DNA of 58,161 nucleotides from Chloroflexota bacterium. Its GTDB lineage: Bacteria; Chloroflexota; Dehalococcoidia; Lucifugimonadales; Lucifugimonadaceae. Positions 33,909-44,023 of the stretch are shown piece by piece. The first letter of the stretch is position 1. Each line of letters opens with the position of its first letter. The stretch lies in contig JAYYQG010000031.1 of NCBI GenBank assembly GCA_036128515.1, positions 1-58,161 of the forward strand. The letters run 5' to 3'. The notes beneath the pieces are model-generated. The model ran no database searches, was not told where the DNA came from, and saw only the letters and a list, made by a program, of their open reading frames with translations. Both the position numbers and the translations under genes were made by a program.

Positions 33909-34772
33909 ATGCCCGCCGTAATTAAACATTCATTTTCAACGATAATTATCCTTTTAATAATTATTTTAATTACTTACTTATTAAGTTTTGACTCAATAAA
34001 AATTAATAATTTTCCACTAGTTTATATTTTCATAATTACGATATTGCTTTTAAATAGCCTATCGTTCATACATTCATATGCCTTTAAGACTGATATTTTT
34101 TTTGATTTAATTGGCAGCTTTTCTTTCATTAGTGTAGGTGTGACTTCAATTATTTTGATTCCTGATTTTGATGCAAACCAAATATTAATATTTTTCCTAC
34201 TAATTTTTTGGTCTCTTAGGTTAGGTCCTTTTTTATTTATTCGTAGACTAAGTGCAGGTCCTGATGAAAGATTAAGTGAATATTTTAAATCTCCATTAAG
34301 TTTGTATTTTTTATGGATGATGAATTCTTTATGGGTTTTTTTTACATCTCTTTCAATGATAATAATATTTTCATCCAACCAAAATAATGAATTTGCTTTG
34401 ATTCAATGGCTAGGATTATTAATATGGGTTTCAGGGTTCTTAATTGAGGTTGTATCAGATACACAAAAAAGTAAATTTAATAAGAAAAACAAAGGTGAAT
34501 TTATAGATGTTGGTCTTTGGAAGTATATAAGGCACCCAAATTATTTAGGAGAGATAATAATTTGGTTTGGAATATTTGTAATATCTTTAAGCTATATTAA
34601 TTCTATATTTACATTTCTATCAATTTTTTCACCGATATTTGTGTTTGTTCTATTGAGGTTTTTATCAGGTGTTCCACAATTAGAACAAAGAGGCGATGAA
34701 AAATGGGGGCAACAAGAAAAATATCTCAACTATAAAGAAAGAACAGGAATTTTGTTGCCAAAATTTAAATAA
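33909..34772 (+). CDS. DUF1295 / steroid 5-alpha-reductase-like membrane protein
   Basis: Polytopic, with GLWKYIRHPNYLGEIIIWFG, the RHPNY(F/L)GE signature shared by DUF1295 and ICMT-type membrane enzymes. Confidence 0.6.
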   Translation: MPAVIKHSFSTIIILLIIILITYLLSFDSIKINNFPLVYIFIITILLLNSLSFIHSYAFKTDIFFDLIGSFSFISVGVTSIILIPDFDANQILIFFLLIFWSLRLGPFLFIRRLSAGPDERLSEYFKSPLSLYFLWMMNSLWVFFTSLSMIIIFSSNQNNEFALIQWLGLLIWVSGFLIEVVSDTQKSKFNKKNKGEFIDVGLWKYIRHPNYLGEIIIWFGIFVISLSYINSIFTFLSIFSPIFVFVLLRFLSGVPQLEQRGDEKWGQQEKYLNYKERTGILLPKFK

Positions 34773-35115
34773 GATACAGCAAAGTTAATAAGCCAAAGAC
34801 TGTTGGAGGGGCAGCCAAGCAAATCAAAAAAACACCAGGAGTAATAGCCATAAGAATTTTTTGTGGATCAATCCATTTTCTGTCATTAAAATCTTTTCTA
34901 ACTAACAATTTTTTCTTTTCTTTATTTAAATGAATCAAAGAAGGTTTGTCTAAAAACCTTGAATCTGATTTTACTAATGCTAATTCCGTCTTGAGTTTAA
35001 TTAGCTCCTCAACATTTTTTAAACATTCATCTATTGATTTTGAATAATCCAGCTCTGTTATAGAAATCTTTTTTATTATCTCTTCAACTTTTTCTTTATT
35101 CTCACTTAATGTCAT
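34765..35115 (-). CDS. Hypothetical coiled-coil protein with a C-terminal TM anchor
   Basis: 116 aa ORF with a charged helical N-terminal part and a hydrophobic tail (ITPGVFLICLAAPPTVFGLLTLLYLI). There is no homology evidence. Confidence 0.4.
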   Translation of the reverse strand: MTLSENKEKVEEIIKKISITELDYSKSIDECLKNVEELIKLKTELALVKSDSRFLDKPSLIHLNKEKKKLLVRKDFNDRKWIDPQKILMAITPGVFLICLAAPPTVFGLLTLLYLI

Positions 35116-35169
35116 ATTATTAAATAGTAAAATTAATTATCAGTAGTGAATTTATACTAAAATAACATT

Positions 35170-37821
35170 ATGACGCAAATAAATATCAACGAAGAACAAG
35201 TTCTTTCAGATGTAAATTCTGAAATAAAAGTAATCGCTTCATTAGTTGCAAGTGTATTAACTGATGAATTTGGTGATGAATTTCTTGAAAAACTTAATTT
35301 AGCTAGGAAAGCATTAGATAGATATTATTTGAACAATAAATATGATGACCTTAAAAAAGTTATAGATAATTTTAGTCAATTTAATCCATACTGGACTGTG
35401 AGACTGATAAGGGCCTACACTTTATATTTTCATATTGCTAATGTTGTTGAGCATATTTATAGAATAGATGATCTTTCTTCAAATAATTATTCGATAGAAA
35501 GCTTAAATAATAAGTTAAAAAATTTATTATTTAATAACTATCATTCAGAGAAAGATTTAATAAATTTAGTTGATATAAAATTGGTTTTTACAGCTCATCC
35601 AACTGAAGCAGCTAGGCCAGAAATTTTAAATCAGATAAATGAATTGCATAAAATTATAAAAGTTAGGCATGATGAAAGAATGGAAGGAATACCTTTTTCA
35701 AAACTTTCACATCAAGAGGATTTAAAAGAATCTGCAAAAATAATCATACAAACAGATGAACTAAGGCAATTGAAGCCAACACCAATAGATGAAGCAATAA
35801 ATAACTTGTTTTATATTGATAAAGTTGTATACGAAGAAATACCAAAATTAAATTTATTTATTAAAGAAATTTTAGGAACAAATAATTTAGGTAATTTATT
35901 TTCTCCCATAAAAATTGGAACATGGATCGGGGGAGACAGAGACGGGAACCCAAATGTTAATCACAATCTTACAACTGAAATAATTGAAATTCAGTATAAA
36001 CGAAATAAAGACAGAATTATAAATGAAATTAACAACTTAATTGAGGGTTTGAGTCAATCAATTCATATTGTTTCTTTCTCCAAAGAATTAGATGAATTTA
36101 TTAATAAAAATATAAGTATTTTAAAAAATGATGAATCGGTAAAAAAATATGATGAAGAGCCATACAGATTAAGCTTAAGTATAATTTTAAAGAAATTCTT
36201 AAATGACTATTACGACATAGAGTCAATTATCAATGATCTAAGTTTGGTTTTAAATTCACTTGATAAGCACAGAGGTACAAAGAAGGAAATTAAAAAACTA
36301 AGCCTTCTTATTGAGTCATTAAGAGTTGGAGGATTTGTCACTGCCGAAATGGACATTAGAGAAGACTCTGCAATTACAACTAATGCTGCGAAAGAAATAA
36401 TTTCAAAAATATATGATGAATCTACATCAATTTCAGATGCTATTAACCTAATTGATAAAAATAATAATTTTGATTTAAACAATTTGGAACTTAATGATGC
36501 TTCTAGAGAAGTAATTAACACCTTTGAAACAGTAAAAAGTATCAGGAAAAAATATGGGGCAAGCTCAATTAATACTTGGATTGTTGCCATGACCGGAAGT
36601 TCAGATGATTTAAGTTCAATTGCGTTTTTAACTTTACTGACCAAAACTGTCGAATCAAAGAAAGTTTTGCCAAGCTTTAGAATAGTTCCATTACTTGAAA
36701 CAATTGATGACTTAAAAAATGCAAAAGAAATTTTAAGAAATTTTTGGACACAAATTTATGACCAAGGTAGTTTAGTTGAAGTAATGATAGGTTATTCCGA
36801 CTCAAATAAAGATGGAGGGATAATTAAATCTCAATGGAATTTATATTCTTCTCAGAAAGAGATATTTAATTTGTCAAAAAAGCTTAAGTTGAATTTAGTA
36901 TTGTTTCATGGTCGCGGTGGGTCTTCCAGTAGAGGAGGAGGGCCTGCAGGAGAAGCTATTTTATCTCAACCCTTAGAAACAATAAATGGAAAAATAAAAA
37001 TAACTCAACAAGGCGAAGTAATTTCAGATAACTTTGCTAATTCAGAATTATCTGAGACTAACCTTAAAATTATAATTTCATCGGTTCTAGAAGCATCATT
37101 AGATAATCCGGAAGAAAATAATAAGGATAATAAATGGTTTGATTTAATGAACATACTATCTGATGAAAGTTACAGTCACTATAAAGATTTTATTTCACAA
37201 AAAAACTTTTTTGATTATCTAACTAAAGCTACCCCTCTTGAAGAATTTGCTCAAATGAACATTGGATCACGACCATCAAAAAGAAGAGGAGGGCTAAAAG
37301 GTATTCAAGATTTGAGAGCCATTCCTTGGGTTTTTTCCTGGACCCAATCAAGGCAAATAATTCCAGGATGGTATGGTTTTGGCCACACAATTGAAAAAGC
37401 CTTTAATGATGGGTTAAGAGAAGAGATATTAGAAATGTATAAGGAATTAAAATTTTTTAAAACATTACTTTCTAATATTGAAATGAATCTTGTAAAAACA
37501 GATATGAATGTAAGCAGGGCTTATATTGAGAATTTATATCCTGAAGGAATTGAGTTATTTAATCAGATTGAAAATGAATATACTAAATCAGTTAAATATT
37601 TAAAAGAAATAAATGGGTCCAATGAACTTTTAGAGTCAAATAATACACTGAAAAAAACATTATCAGTAAGAGAGTCTTACATATTGCCATTAAATATTTT
37701 TCAATTGATTTTATTAAAAAAATTGAGAAATAACTCAGATTCAGAAGATTATAAATTGATGAGAAGATCTTTATTATTAACTATTAATGGAATTTCAGCT
37801 GGACTAAAAAATACTGGATAA
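35170..37821 (+). CDS. ppc: Phosphoenolpyruvate carboxylase
   Basis: VFTAHPTEA, GYSDSNKDGG, FHGRGGSSSRGGGP, WVFSWTQSR and the C-terminal LKNTG. Confidence 0.95.
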   Translation: MTQININEEQVLSDVNSEIKVIASLVASVLTDEFGDEFLEKLNLARKALDRYYLNNKYDDLKKVIDNFSQFNPYWTVRLIRAYTLYFHIANVVEHIYRIDDLSSNNYSIESLNNKLKNLLFNNYHSEKDLINLVDIKLVFTAHPTEAARPEILNQINELHKIIKVRHDERMEGIPFSKLSHQEDLKESAKIIIQTDELRQLKPTPIDEAINNLFYIDKVVYEEIPKLNLFIKEILGTNNLGNLFSPIKIGTWIGGDRDGNPNVNHNLTTEIIEIQYKRNKDRIINEINNLIEGLSQSIHIVSFSKELDEFINKNISILKNDESVKKYDEEPYRLSLSIILKKFLNDYYDIESIINDLSLVLNSLDKHRGTKKEIKKLSLLIESLRVGGFVTAEMDIREDSAITTNAAKEIISKIYDESTSISDAINLIDKNNNFDLNNLELNDASREVINTFETVKSIRKKYGASSINTWIVAMTGSSDDLSSIAFLTLLTKTVESKKVLPSFRIVPLLETIDDLKNAKEILRNFWTQIYDQGSLVEVMIGYSDSNKDGGIIKSQWNLYSSQKEIFNLSKKLKLNLVLFHGRGGSSSRGGGPAGEAILSQPLETINGKIKITQQGEVISDNFANSELSETNLKIIISSVLEASLDNPEENNKDNKWFDLMNILSDESYSHYKDFISQKNFFDYLTKATPLEEFAQMNIGSRPSKRRGGLKGIQDLRAIPWVFSWTQSRQIIPGWYGFGHTIEKAFNDGLREEILEMYKELKFFKTLLSNIEMNLVKTDMNVSRAYIENLYPEGIELFNQIENEYTKSVKYLKEINGSNELLESNNTLKKTLSVRESYILPLNIFQLILLKKLRNNSDSEDYKLMRRSLLLTINGISAGLKNTG

Positions 37822-37858
37822 AATTGACCAAATACATTCTTTAATTAAAAATTATTAA

Positions 37859-39226
37859 ATGAAAATAAATGATTTTAAAGAAATTGATCAGTGGATTATA
37901 GGAAATTATTGGATTAATTCTGAAATTGAAGAATTAAATCAAAAATTATCAATAGATATTGGTTCACGTTGGGCAACTTCTGATAATGAAAGGGAAGCTG
38001 CTGATTTTATTAGAAATCATTGGGTTGACAATAAACTCAAAGCTTTTCATGAAAATTTTACAATTAAAACTTATAAGTTTGATTATTGCGATATTAAAGT
38101 TAATGAAAAAAAGCTTGATTCGAAACCATACCACAGATGCCCATCTGTAAACATAAACAAAGAATTAATTGATTTAGGTCATGGCACAAAGAGAGAAGTA
38201 GACGACTCAAAAGAAAAAGTAAAAGATAAAGTAGCAATAATTTTTAGAAAACATGAACCTTTCACTGAACAAGAAACAATAAGTAAACGTGTGGAATATA
38301 TTAGTAAAAAAGGAGCTGCAGCAATAATAATTGGTGATCCAAAACTTGGCAGAAGAATGGAGTATTCATCTGTATGGGACACAAGAGATCCTAAATCAAT
38401 AAATCCTCCACTGCCAATTATAAATACTTCACATGAGCACCTTTTGCTATTAAAGAAATATGCAATTTCTGGATTAAAGGTAAAAGTTGAAGTTAAGACA
38501 GATTTTTATCAAGCAAAAACTTCAAACGTTATAACTGAGATACCTGGATCTATTAAAGATGAATTTATTGTCATGTGTGGTCATCACGATACAGTATTCG
38601 ATACACCAGGAGGAAATGATAATACATCTGGGGCAATTTCAGTAATTGAAACAGCAAAATCTATAAAACGAACATTAGAAAAATTTAACATAATTCCTAA
38701 AATCGGTTTAAGGTTTATAACTTTAAGTTCAGAGGAGCAGAGACTACAAGGATCTTTTTTTCACGTTAAAAATAACTATAAAAAACTAAAGCCTAGATTT
38801 GTTCTAAATTGCGATGAGTTATCAACAGGAAATTTAAAAGGAATAGTTTTAGGTTTTCCTCATTTAAGAAAATTTCTTCAAGATCAAATAGATACTTTAG
38901 ATGAAAACTTGAAAGTCCATGTTATGTCTCAATTAGATGGGCACTCAGATCATTTTCCATTTTTAGAAGCGGCGATAGACGCCTCTCATCCCTGGAGATG
39001 GAGGTATCATGGAAGGTATCCAACTTGTGAATATCATCATGAAGAGCCAGATACATTTGATAAATTAATAGTGAAAGATCTTAAATATTATGTTACTTCA
39101 TTCACTCGATTATTTGTTAGATTGTGCTTAATAGACCCTAAAGATTGGCCTAAAAATCAATTAACAAAAAAAATTGTAAGGGAAAGATTAAATCAAGAAA
39201 AAAATTATGAAATTAGAACTAATTAG
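37859..39226 (+). CDS. M28-family metallopeptidase with an inserted PA domain
   Basis: CGHHDTV...GGNDNTSG, SSEEQRLQGS and SDHFPF provide the metal-ligand pattern of M28 aminopeptidases. Confidence 0.7.
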   Translation: MKINDFKEIDQWIIGNYWINSEIEELNQKLSIDIGSRWATSDNEREAADFIRNHWVDNKLKAFHENFTIKTYKFDYCDIKVNEKKLDSKPYHRCPSVNINKELIDLGHGTKREVDDSKEKVKDKVAIIFRKHEPFTEQETISKRVEYISKKGAAAIIIGDPKLGRRMEYSSVWDTRDPKSINPPLPIINTSHEHLLLLKKYAISGLKVKVEVKTDFYQAKTSNVITEIPGSIKDEFIVMCGHHDTVFDTPGGNDNTSGAISVIETAKSIKRTLEKFNIIPKIGLRFITLSSEEQRLQGSFFHVKNNYKKLKPRFVLNCDELSTGNLKGIVLGFPHLRKFLQDQIDTLDENLKVHVMSQLDGHSDHFPFLEAAIDASHPWRWRYHGRYPTCEYHHEEPDTFDKLIVKDLKYYVTSFTRLFVRLCLIDPKDWPKNQLTKKIVRERLNQEKNYEIRTN

Positions 39227-39235
39227 AACTCTAAA

Positions 39236-39736
39236 TTATTTTTCTAATTTATTAATCACAAAGTTACAATTATTTCTGGCTTCATTTTCATCATAGCCTG
39301 GGCAAAAAAGAATGAGATTGTTGTAAATATAATATGACATATATTTGGGATGAAGCGTGCCTAAATCATGCATTTGTATCCTATCTTTTAACCCCTCCTG
39401 CCATAATGAACACTCTTTGGAGATACATCCATTTTCTCCAGAAATATTTTCTGCATATTTTTCCCCAAATTTTAAAGCAGAATCATGATTGTCATAAAAT
39501 CTCATTTCATAATCTTTGGGTTCACCAATGTCATTTTTTATAAAACCAAAAAAAGCAGAATTTGAATTTGGAAGTTTATCGATCTTGTATTCTTTGACTT
39601 TCTTGAAGCCTATTTCATTTATTTCTTTTATAGTTAAAACCTTTCCTGAATTAGATATTTCATCAAATTCAATAATTTGGGTTTCTTCAATAGAACAAGA
39701 TATGATTAAAAAAATGACTAATAAAAATTTCTTCAT
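39236..39736 (-). CDS. Hypothetical lipoprotein
   Basis: The signal peptide carries a lipobox (MKKFLLVIFLIISC). Confidence 0.55.
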   Translation of the reverse strand: MKKFLLVIFLIISCSIEETQIIEFDEISNSGKVLTIKEINEIGFKKVKEYKIDKLPNSNSAFFGFIKNDIGEPKDYEMRFYDNHDSALKFGEKYAENISGENGCISKECSLWQEGLKDRIQMHDLGTLHPKYMSYYIYNNLILFCPGYDENEARNNCNFVINKLEK

Positions 39737-39773
39737 TTTTAAATACTAATAAAAATTAATAAAAATCTAAAAT

Positions 39774-41018
39774 ATGAAAATTATTGATTTAAAATGTGCA
39801 ATCATTGGCAAAACTCCTGTAGTAAGAATTATTACTGATGAGGGAATATCTGGTTTTGGTCAGGCTGAATGGGCAAAACCTTACTTGAAACCATTTGTTT
39901 TATTTTATAAACCTCAATTATTAGGTGAAGATCCAACTAATGTAGAAAGTGTGATGAGGAAGATTAGGAGGCATGGTGGCTTTAAGCCATATGGTTCAGC
40001 TGTAAGTGCGATTGAAGTTGCGTTATGGGATATTGCTGGAAAAGCTGCTAAATTGCCTATTTACAAACTCCTTGGAGGAAAAGTTAGAGACAGGGTATTA
40101 GTTTACAATGGTGGAATTAGATTTCCTATTGAAGGGCAAGATAGTCCAGAGAGTTTTGCAGAGAATACTTTAAAGATGAAAAATCTTAAAGAAGGATTTT
40201 CAATCATAAAACAAGGAATTGCTGTCCATGGTGAATTTGCATCAAATTTTAAAGATTATTTCTACGGAGATGTAAAATGGATTGAAAATAATAGTATTGT
40301 TTTTGATGATGACTCCAAAGAGTGGCAAGGCATAAGCCAATATATCCCTAACGGAGGACAAATTACTGAAAAAGGATTTAACTACACTATTGAATGCATC
40401 AAAGCTATGAAAGATGTGTTAGGTGACGAAGTAGGACTTGCACTTGATTTAGGTCCAGGTATAAATCCAAGTGATGCATTAAAAATTGCAAAAGCTGTTG
40501 AGGATATGAATATTATGTGGCTAGAAGATATGATAACAGGGGATTACACCCCATATGTTTTAGCTGATCTTTACAGAGATGTGACCATTAACACAACTAC
40601 CCCAATCCATACAGGGGAACAAATTTATTTAAGACACAACTTCAAAGATTTGATAGATAAAAGGGCTGTAAATGTTATAGGTCCAGACCCATTAGATGTT
40701 GGTGGATTAGCTGAAACAAAATGGATTGCTGAACATGCAGATATAAATGGGATAATGATTGCTCCACATGGCACAATTGATGGTCTTATTGGTTTAGCTG
40801 CACAAGTACAATTAGCAGCAACCCTGCCAAAAAATTATATTGCATTCGAGTATTGCGTTCCTTGCCATGATTGGTGGTATGACATTGTCGATGGGTTGCC
40901 AGACCCAATTGTAAAAAATAGTTACATTGAAGTATGGGATACTCCTGGGCTTGGTATTTCATTTAATGATAAAGCAGAAAAATATCTCAATGAAGAAGAT
41001 AAAGATTTTTTTGATTAA
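39774..41018 (+). CDS. Enolase-superfamily enzyme (mandelate racemase / acid-sugar dehydratase subgroup)
   Basis: SAIEVALWDIAGKAAKLPIYKLLGG, LALDLG, MWLEDM and HTGEQ give the MR/MLE metal-ligand pattern D-E-E. The substrate is unknown. Confidence 0.7.
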   Translation: MKIIDLKCAIIGKTPVVRIITDEGISGFGQAEWAKPYLKPFVLFYKPQLLGEDPTNVESVMRKIRRHGGFKPYGSAVSAIEVALWDIAGKAAKLPIYKLLGGKVRDRVLVYNGGIRFPIEGQDSPESFAENTLKMKNLKEGFSIIKQGIAVHGEFASNFKDYFYGDVKWIENNSIVFDDDSKEWQGISQYIPNGGQITEKGFNYTIECIKAMKDVLGDEVGLALDLGPGINPSDALKIAKAVEDMNIMWLEDMITGDYTPYVLADLYRDVTINTTTPIHTGEQIYLRHNFKDLIDKRAVNVIGPDPLDVGGLAETKWIAEHADINGIMIAPHGTIDGLIGLAAQVQLAATLPKNYIAFEYCVPCHDWWYDIVDGLPDPIVKNSYIEVWDTPGLGISFNDKAEKYLNEEDKDFFD

Positions 41019-41020
41019 TT

Positions 41021-42169
41021 CTAGTTTACAGAATATTTTTTTAAACTTTCTTCATCTACTTCAATTCCCAATCCTGGTAAATCAGGGACTTCCAAATAAC
41101 CGTTTTCAAATTTAAAAGGATCCTTCTTAGACACCATGTATCTTATTGGGTTTTCACTTTGATCAAATTCCATAATAGGTTCTTGAGATAATTGTTTTGG
41201 GTAAGAAGATACAGGTAAGTTAGTAAAAGTAGATGCAAGATGTAAGGATGCAGAAATCATTATTGATGTACCCCACACGTGAGGATATACATGTATTCCA
41301 TTAGCATACGCAAGTGATTGAACATGCTTGAATTCTGTAATTCCACCAACATTTCCAACATCTGGTTGTGCTATGTCAAAAGCTTTATTATTTATAAAAT
41401 CCAAAAACTGATATCTTGTCCTAAGGCTTTCACCACCACTAATTCTTATTTTAGAATATCTAACAAGTTCTTTATATCCATTTACATCAAGCCCCATAAT
41501 TGGTTCTTCAAAAAAGAAAATACCCATATCATACAATTTATCAGAGACGTATTTTGCTGTTCTTAAGTCATATGCTTGGTTAGCATCAACAAATAATTTA
41601 GTTTTATCTTTTAATGATTTTTTTACCAAGGAAACTCTTTCTAAATCTTTTTCTAATTCCAATGCACCAATTTTTATTTTCATTGCATTGAATCCCTTTT
41701 TTTCATATGAAATTGCTTCTTTTATTCTTTCGGACACCTCTTGATTAAAGTCTTTTTTGGTGTAATAAAGTCCTGTGGCATATACATGTACTTTATCTTT
41801 CACTTTTCCTCCAAGCAGTACAGATATAGGCACACCTAATTTTTTTCCTGTTATGTCCCAAAGAGCAATGTCAATTGCACTCATTGAACTACCACCTAAA
41901 CCCGGATAAATTAATGGGTTATTGAGCTCATTAAACATATTTGCCCATATTTTTTCTCTTTCAAAAGGGTCTTGATCAATTACTGCAACTTTTAAAATGT
42001 CTTTAAATTCATTTATTCCTCCCCATCCTTCTCCCCATCCATCAATTCCTTCATCAGTCTCAATTTTTACAATACTTGCAGACCTTTTATCGTTACCGCC
42101 ATTTCCCCACCAGAATGGCTCTTTAAGCTTTCCTTCAATTTGATACGACTTAATGTTTGTAATTTTCAT
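41021..42169 (-). CDS. Enolase-superfamily enzyme (mandelate racemase / muconate lactonizing family)
   Basis: SAIDIALWDITGKKLGVPISVLLGG, MKIKIG, FVDANQAY, FFEEP, ISGGES and AQPDV. The substrate is unknown. Confidence 0.75.
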   Translation of the reverse strand: MKITNIKSYQIEGKLKEPFWWGNGGNDKRSASIVKIETDEGIDGWGEGWGGINEFKDILKVAVIDQDPFEREKIWANMFNELNNPLIYPGLGGSSMSAIDIALWDITGKKLGVPISVLLGGKVKDKVHVYATGLYYTKKDFNQEVSERIKEAISYEKKGFNAMKIKIGALELEKDLERVSLVKKSLKDKTKLFVDANQAYDLRTAKYVSDKLYDMGIFFFEEPIMGLDVNGYKELVRYSKIRISGGESLRTRYQFLDFINNKAFDIAQPDVGNVGGITEFKHVQSLAYANGIHVYPHVWGTSIMISASLHLASTFTNLPVSSYPKQLSQEPIMEFDQSENPIRYMVSKKDPFKFENGYLEVPDLPGLGIEVDEESLKKYSVN

Positions 42170-42210
42170 AAAATTATTTTATTGCATTAAATTTTTTATT
42201 CATAATTTAA

Positions 42211-43422
42211 TTATGTTTTAATTGCATATTCATTAGCATTACTTAAATTTACATTTGTATTTATTGGAAAATGAATTAATGCCGCTGTAAATCCAAGAAT
42301 AACGCAAAGCCACCAAACAGGAGAATAGGATCCGTACAAATCAAATATTCTTCCTCCAAGCCATGAACCAAGAAAAGAGCCTATATGATGAGACATCAAA
42401 GTGAAACCAAATAACATAGATGAATACTTATGTCCAAAAATATCTGTAATAATACCGTTAGTTAAAGGAACTGTAGAAAGCCATAATATTCCTAAAGTCG
42501 CTGAGAAAACCAGTACTGTAAACTCATTTTTTGGAGCAATAATAAATGAAAGAAATAGTAATGATCTAAGAGAATACAAAGTAGATAAAAGATTCTTTTT
42601 TGAAATTTTTGACCCTAAATAACCAAAAGATAATGTTCCAAAAATATTAAATAACCCAATTAAGGCTAATGCAAAACCAGCTAGTCTTGCTTCTAAATTA
42701 TTGTCACTAAGAAACGCAGGTAAGTGCGTTGAAACAAAAGTAACGTGAAATCCGCAAACAAAGAAACCGGCAGTTAATAATTTATAACTTCTATTTTTAA
42801 TAGCATTTTTTAAAGACTCATAAATAGTTTGATCGTTATCAATAAAATTCTGATTGGATGAGTTTTTTGAAATTAATATAGACATAATAAGCAAAGTAGA
42901 TATTAAAATTGAAGCGACTACAGAAGAATAAACCCACCCAAAATTATTTATAAAATAATTAACAATCGGAACCATTACAAATTGCCCAAATGAACCTGAA
43001 GCCATGATAACCCCAAGAAATACTGATTTATTTTTTGAATTAATTGACCTCCCGGTAATTGATAGTGCTATTCCAAGTACACCTGATTGACCTATACCCA
43101 TTAAAATTCTTGAGCCAAATAAATCAAATTCTGAATTTATAGTTCCTACCCAAATCCAGCTTATAATTTGTAATAACCCTAGAATAAATATTGTTCTGCC
43201 CGCACCATATTTATCTGAAAGTGCACCAAAAAAAGGTGCGCCAATTCCAGAGAATAAAATACCAAAAGCTCCAGCCAAACTAAATAATTCTCTTCCAGAG
43301 TTTAATTCGTTTGTTATTGGAAGTAAGAATAAGCCATTTGAATGATTAAGCCCCAAAGTTATAAATACTGTTACTGCGGCACCAAAAACAACATAATAAG
43401 GAGATTTTTTTAATAGATTCAT
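42211..43422 (-). CDS. MFS transporter
   Basis: 403 aa with about 12 TM segments. GALSDKYGAGRTIF lies in the loop 2-3 motif position. Confidence 0.8.
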   Translation of the reverse strand: MNLLKKSPYYVVFGAAVTVFITLGLNHSNGLFLLPITNELNSGRELFSLAGAFGILFSGIGAPFFGALSDKYGAGRTIFILGLLQIISWIWVGTINSEFDLFGSRILMGIGQSGVLGIALSITGRSINSKNKSVFLGVIMASGSFGQFVMVPIVNYFINNFGWVYSSVVASILISTLLIMSILISKNSSNQNFIDNDQTIYESLKNAIKNRSYKLLTAGFFVCGFHVTFVSTHLPAFLSDNNLEARLAGFALALIGLFNIFGTLSFGYLGSKISKKNLLSTLYSLRSLLFLSFIIAPKNEFTVLVFSATLGILWLSTVPLTNGIITDIFGHKYSSMLFGFTLMSHHIGSFLGSWLGGRIFDLYGSYSPVWWLCVILGFTAALIHFPINTNVNLSNANEYAIKT

Positions 43423-43423
43423 T

Positions 43424-43657
43424 TTAAATGGAACAAATAAATAAAATTATGTTTGTAAATTTATCTTCATTAACAACAAAAAATAAAAATGTAGGAATAA
43501 ATAATAAAAATGAAATTAATCTCAAATAAGTTAAAAAATTATCATTTCCATCATAACTACTTTCATTTGCAAAGCTGAGAGAGACTTTTAAAAAAACTTC
43601 AAGCATGATCCAAGCGGTTAAAAATGCTCCTGAAAAAATTAGAAGTTGATAGTTCAT
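43424..43657 (-). CDS. Small membrane protein, hypothetical
   Basis: 77 aa with 2-3 hydrophobic segments. It is wedged between the cupin and MFS genes with a 4-nt overlap and a 1-nt gap. Confidence 0.4.
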   Translation of the reverse strand: MNYQLLIFSGAFLTAWIMLEVFLKVSLSFANESSYDGNDNFLTYLRLISFLLFIPTFLFFVVNEDKFTNIILFICSI

Positions 43658-43971
43658 AGAAATTCTTCACTCTCTTTTGGGTTGAAAGTTATTCTTGTTA
43701 AGACTTGATCACCAGTATTTTTAAAATGATGAGTTGAGTTTGGCGGAACAAGCACAAAGTCACCAGCTTTGATTGGATATTCCTTTCCATCAACCCAAAC
43801 AATACCTTTCCCTCTAGTAATATAAACTTGGTGTTCCCAATCGTGAGAATGATGCTTGCTGGATTCGCCAGGCATGTGGTCGTGATACAAAGATACAACT
43901 GTAGGAACACCATCATCAGAACCTAATACAGGATTAGAATAGGAATCTTTATTTTTAATAACTGGCTTCAT
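43654..43971 (-). CDS. Cupin-domain protein
   Basis: HSHDWEHQVYITRGKG...GDFVLVPPNSTHHFKNTG gives the two cupin motifs with their His ligands. Confidence 0.8.
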   Translation of the reverse strand: MKPVIKNKDSYSNPVLGSDDGVPTVVSLYHDHMPGESSKHHSHDWEHQVYITRGKGIVWVDGKEYPIKAGDFVLVPPNSTHHFKNTGDQVLTRITFNPKESEEFL

Positions 43972-44023
43972 AATAATTTAGCTTATAATGTATTAATATA
44001 TTCAAATTAAAGATTAACAAAAT

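Noticed and set aside
37959-38150. Further nested track ORFs in the right half of the window: 37959..38150, 38179..38382, 39334..39543, 39516..39749, 40927..41115, 41318..41566, 42401..42622, 43698..43916, 45759..45950, 46331..46543, 46777..46983, 48791..49087, 49171..49386, 52442..52633, 52951..53133, 53329..53520, 55662..55853 and 57371..57595.
   Set aside because: They overlap better-supported genes in other frames or on the other strand, and none has a recognisable motif.
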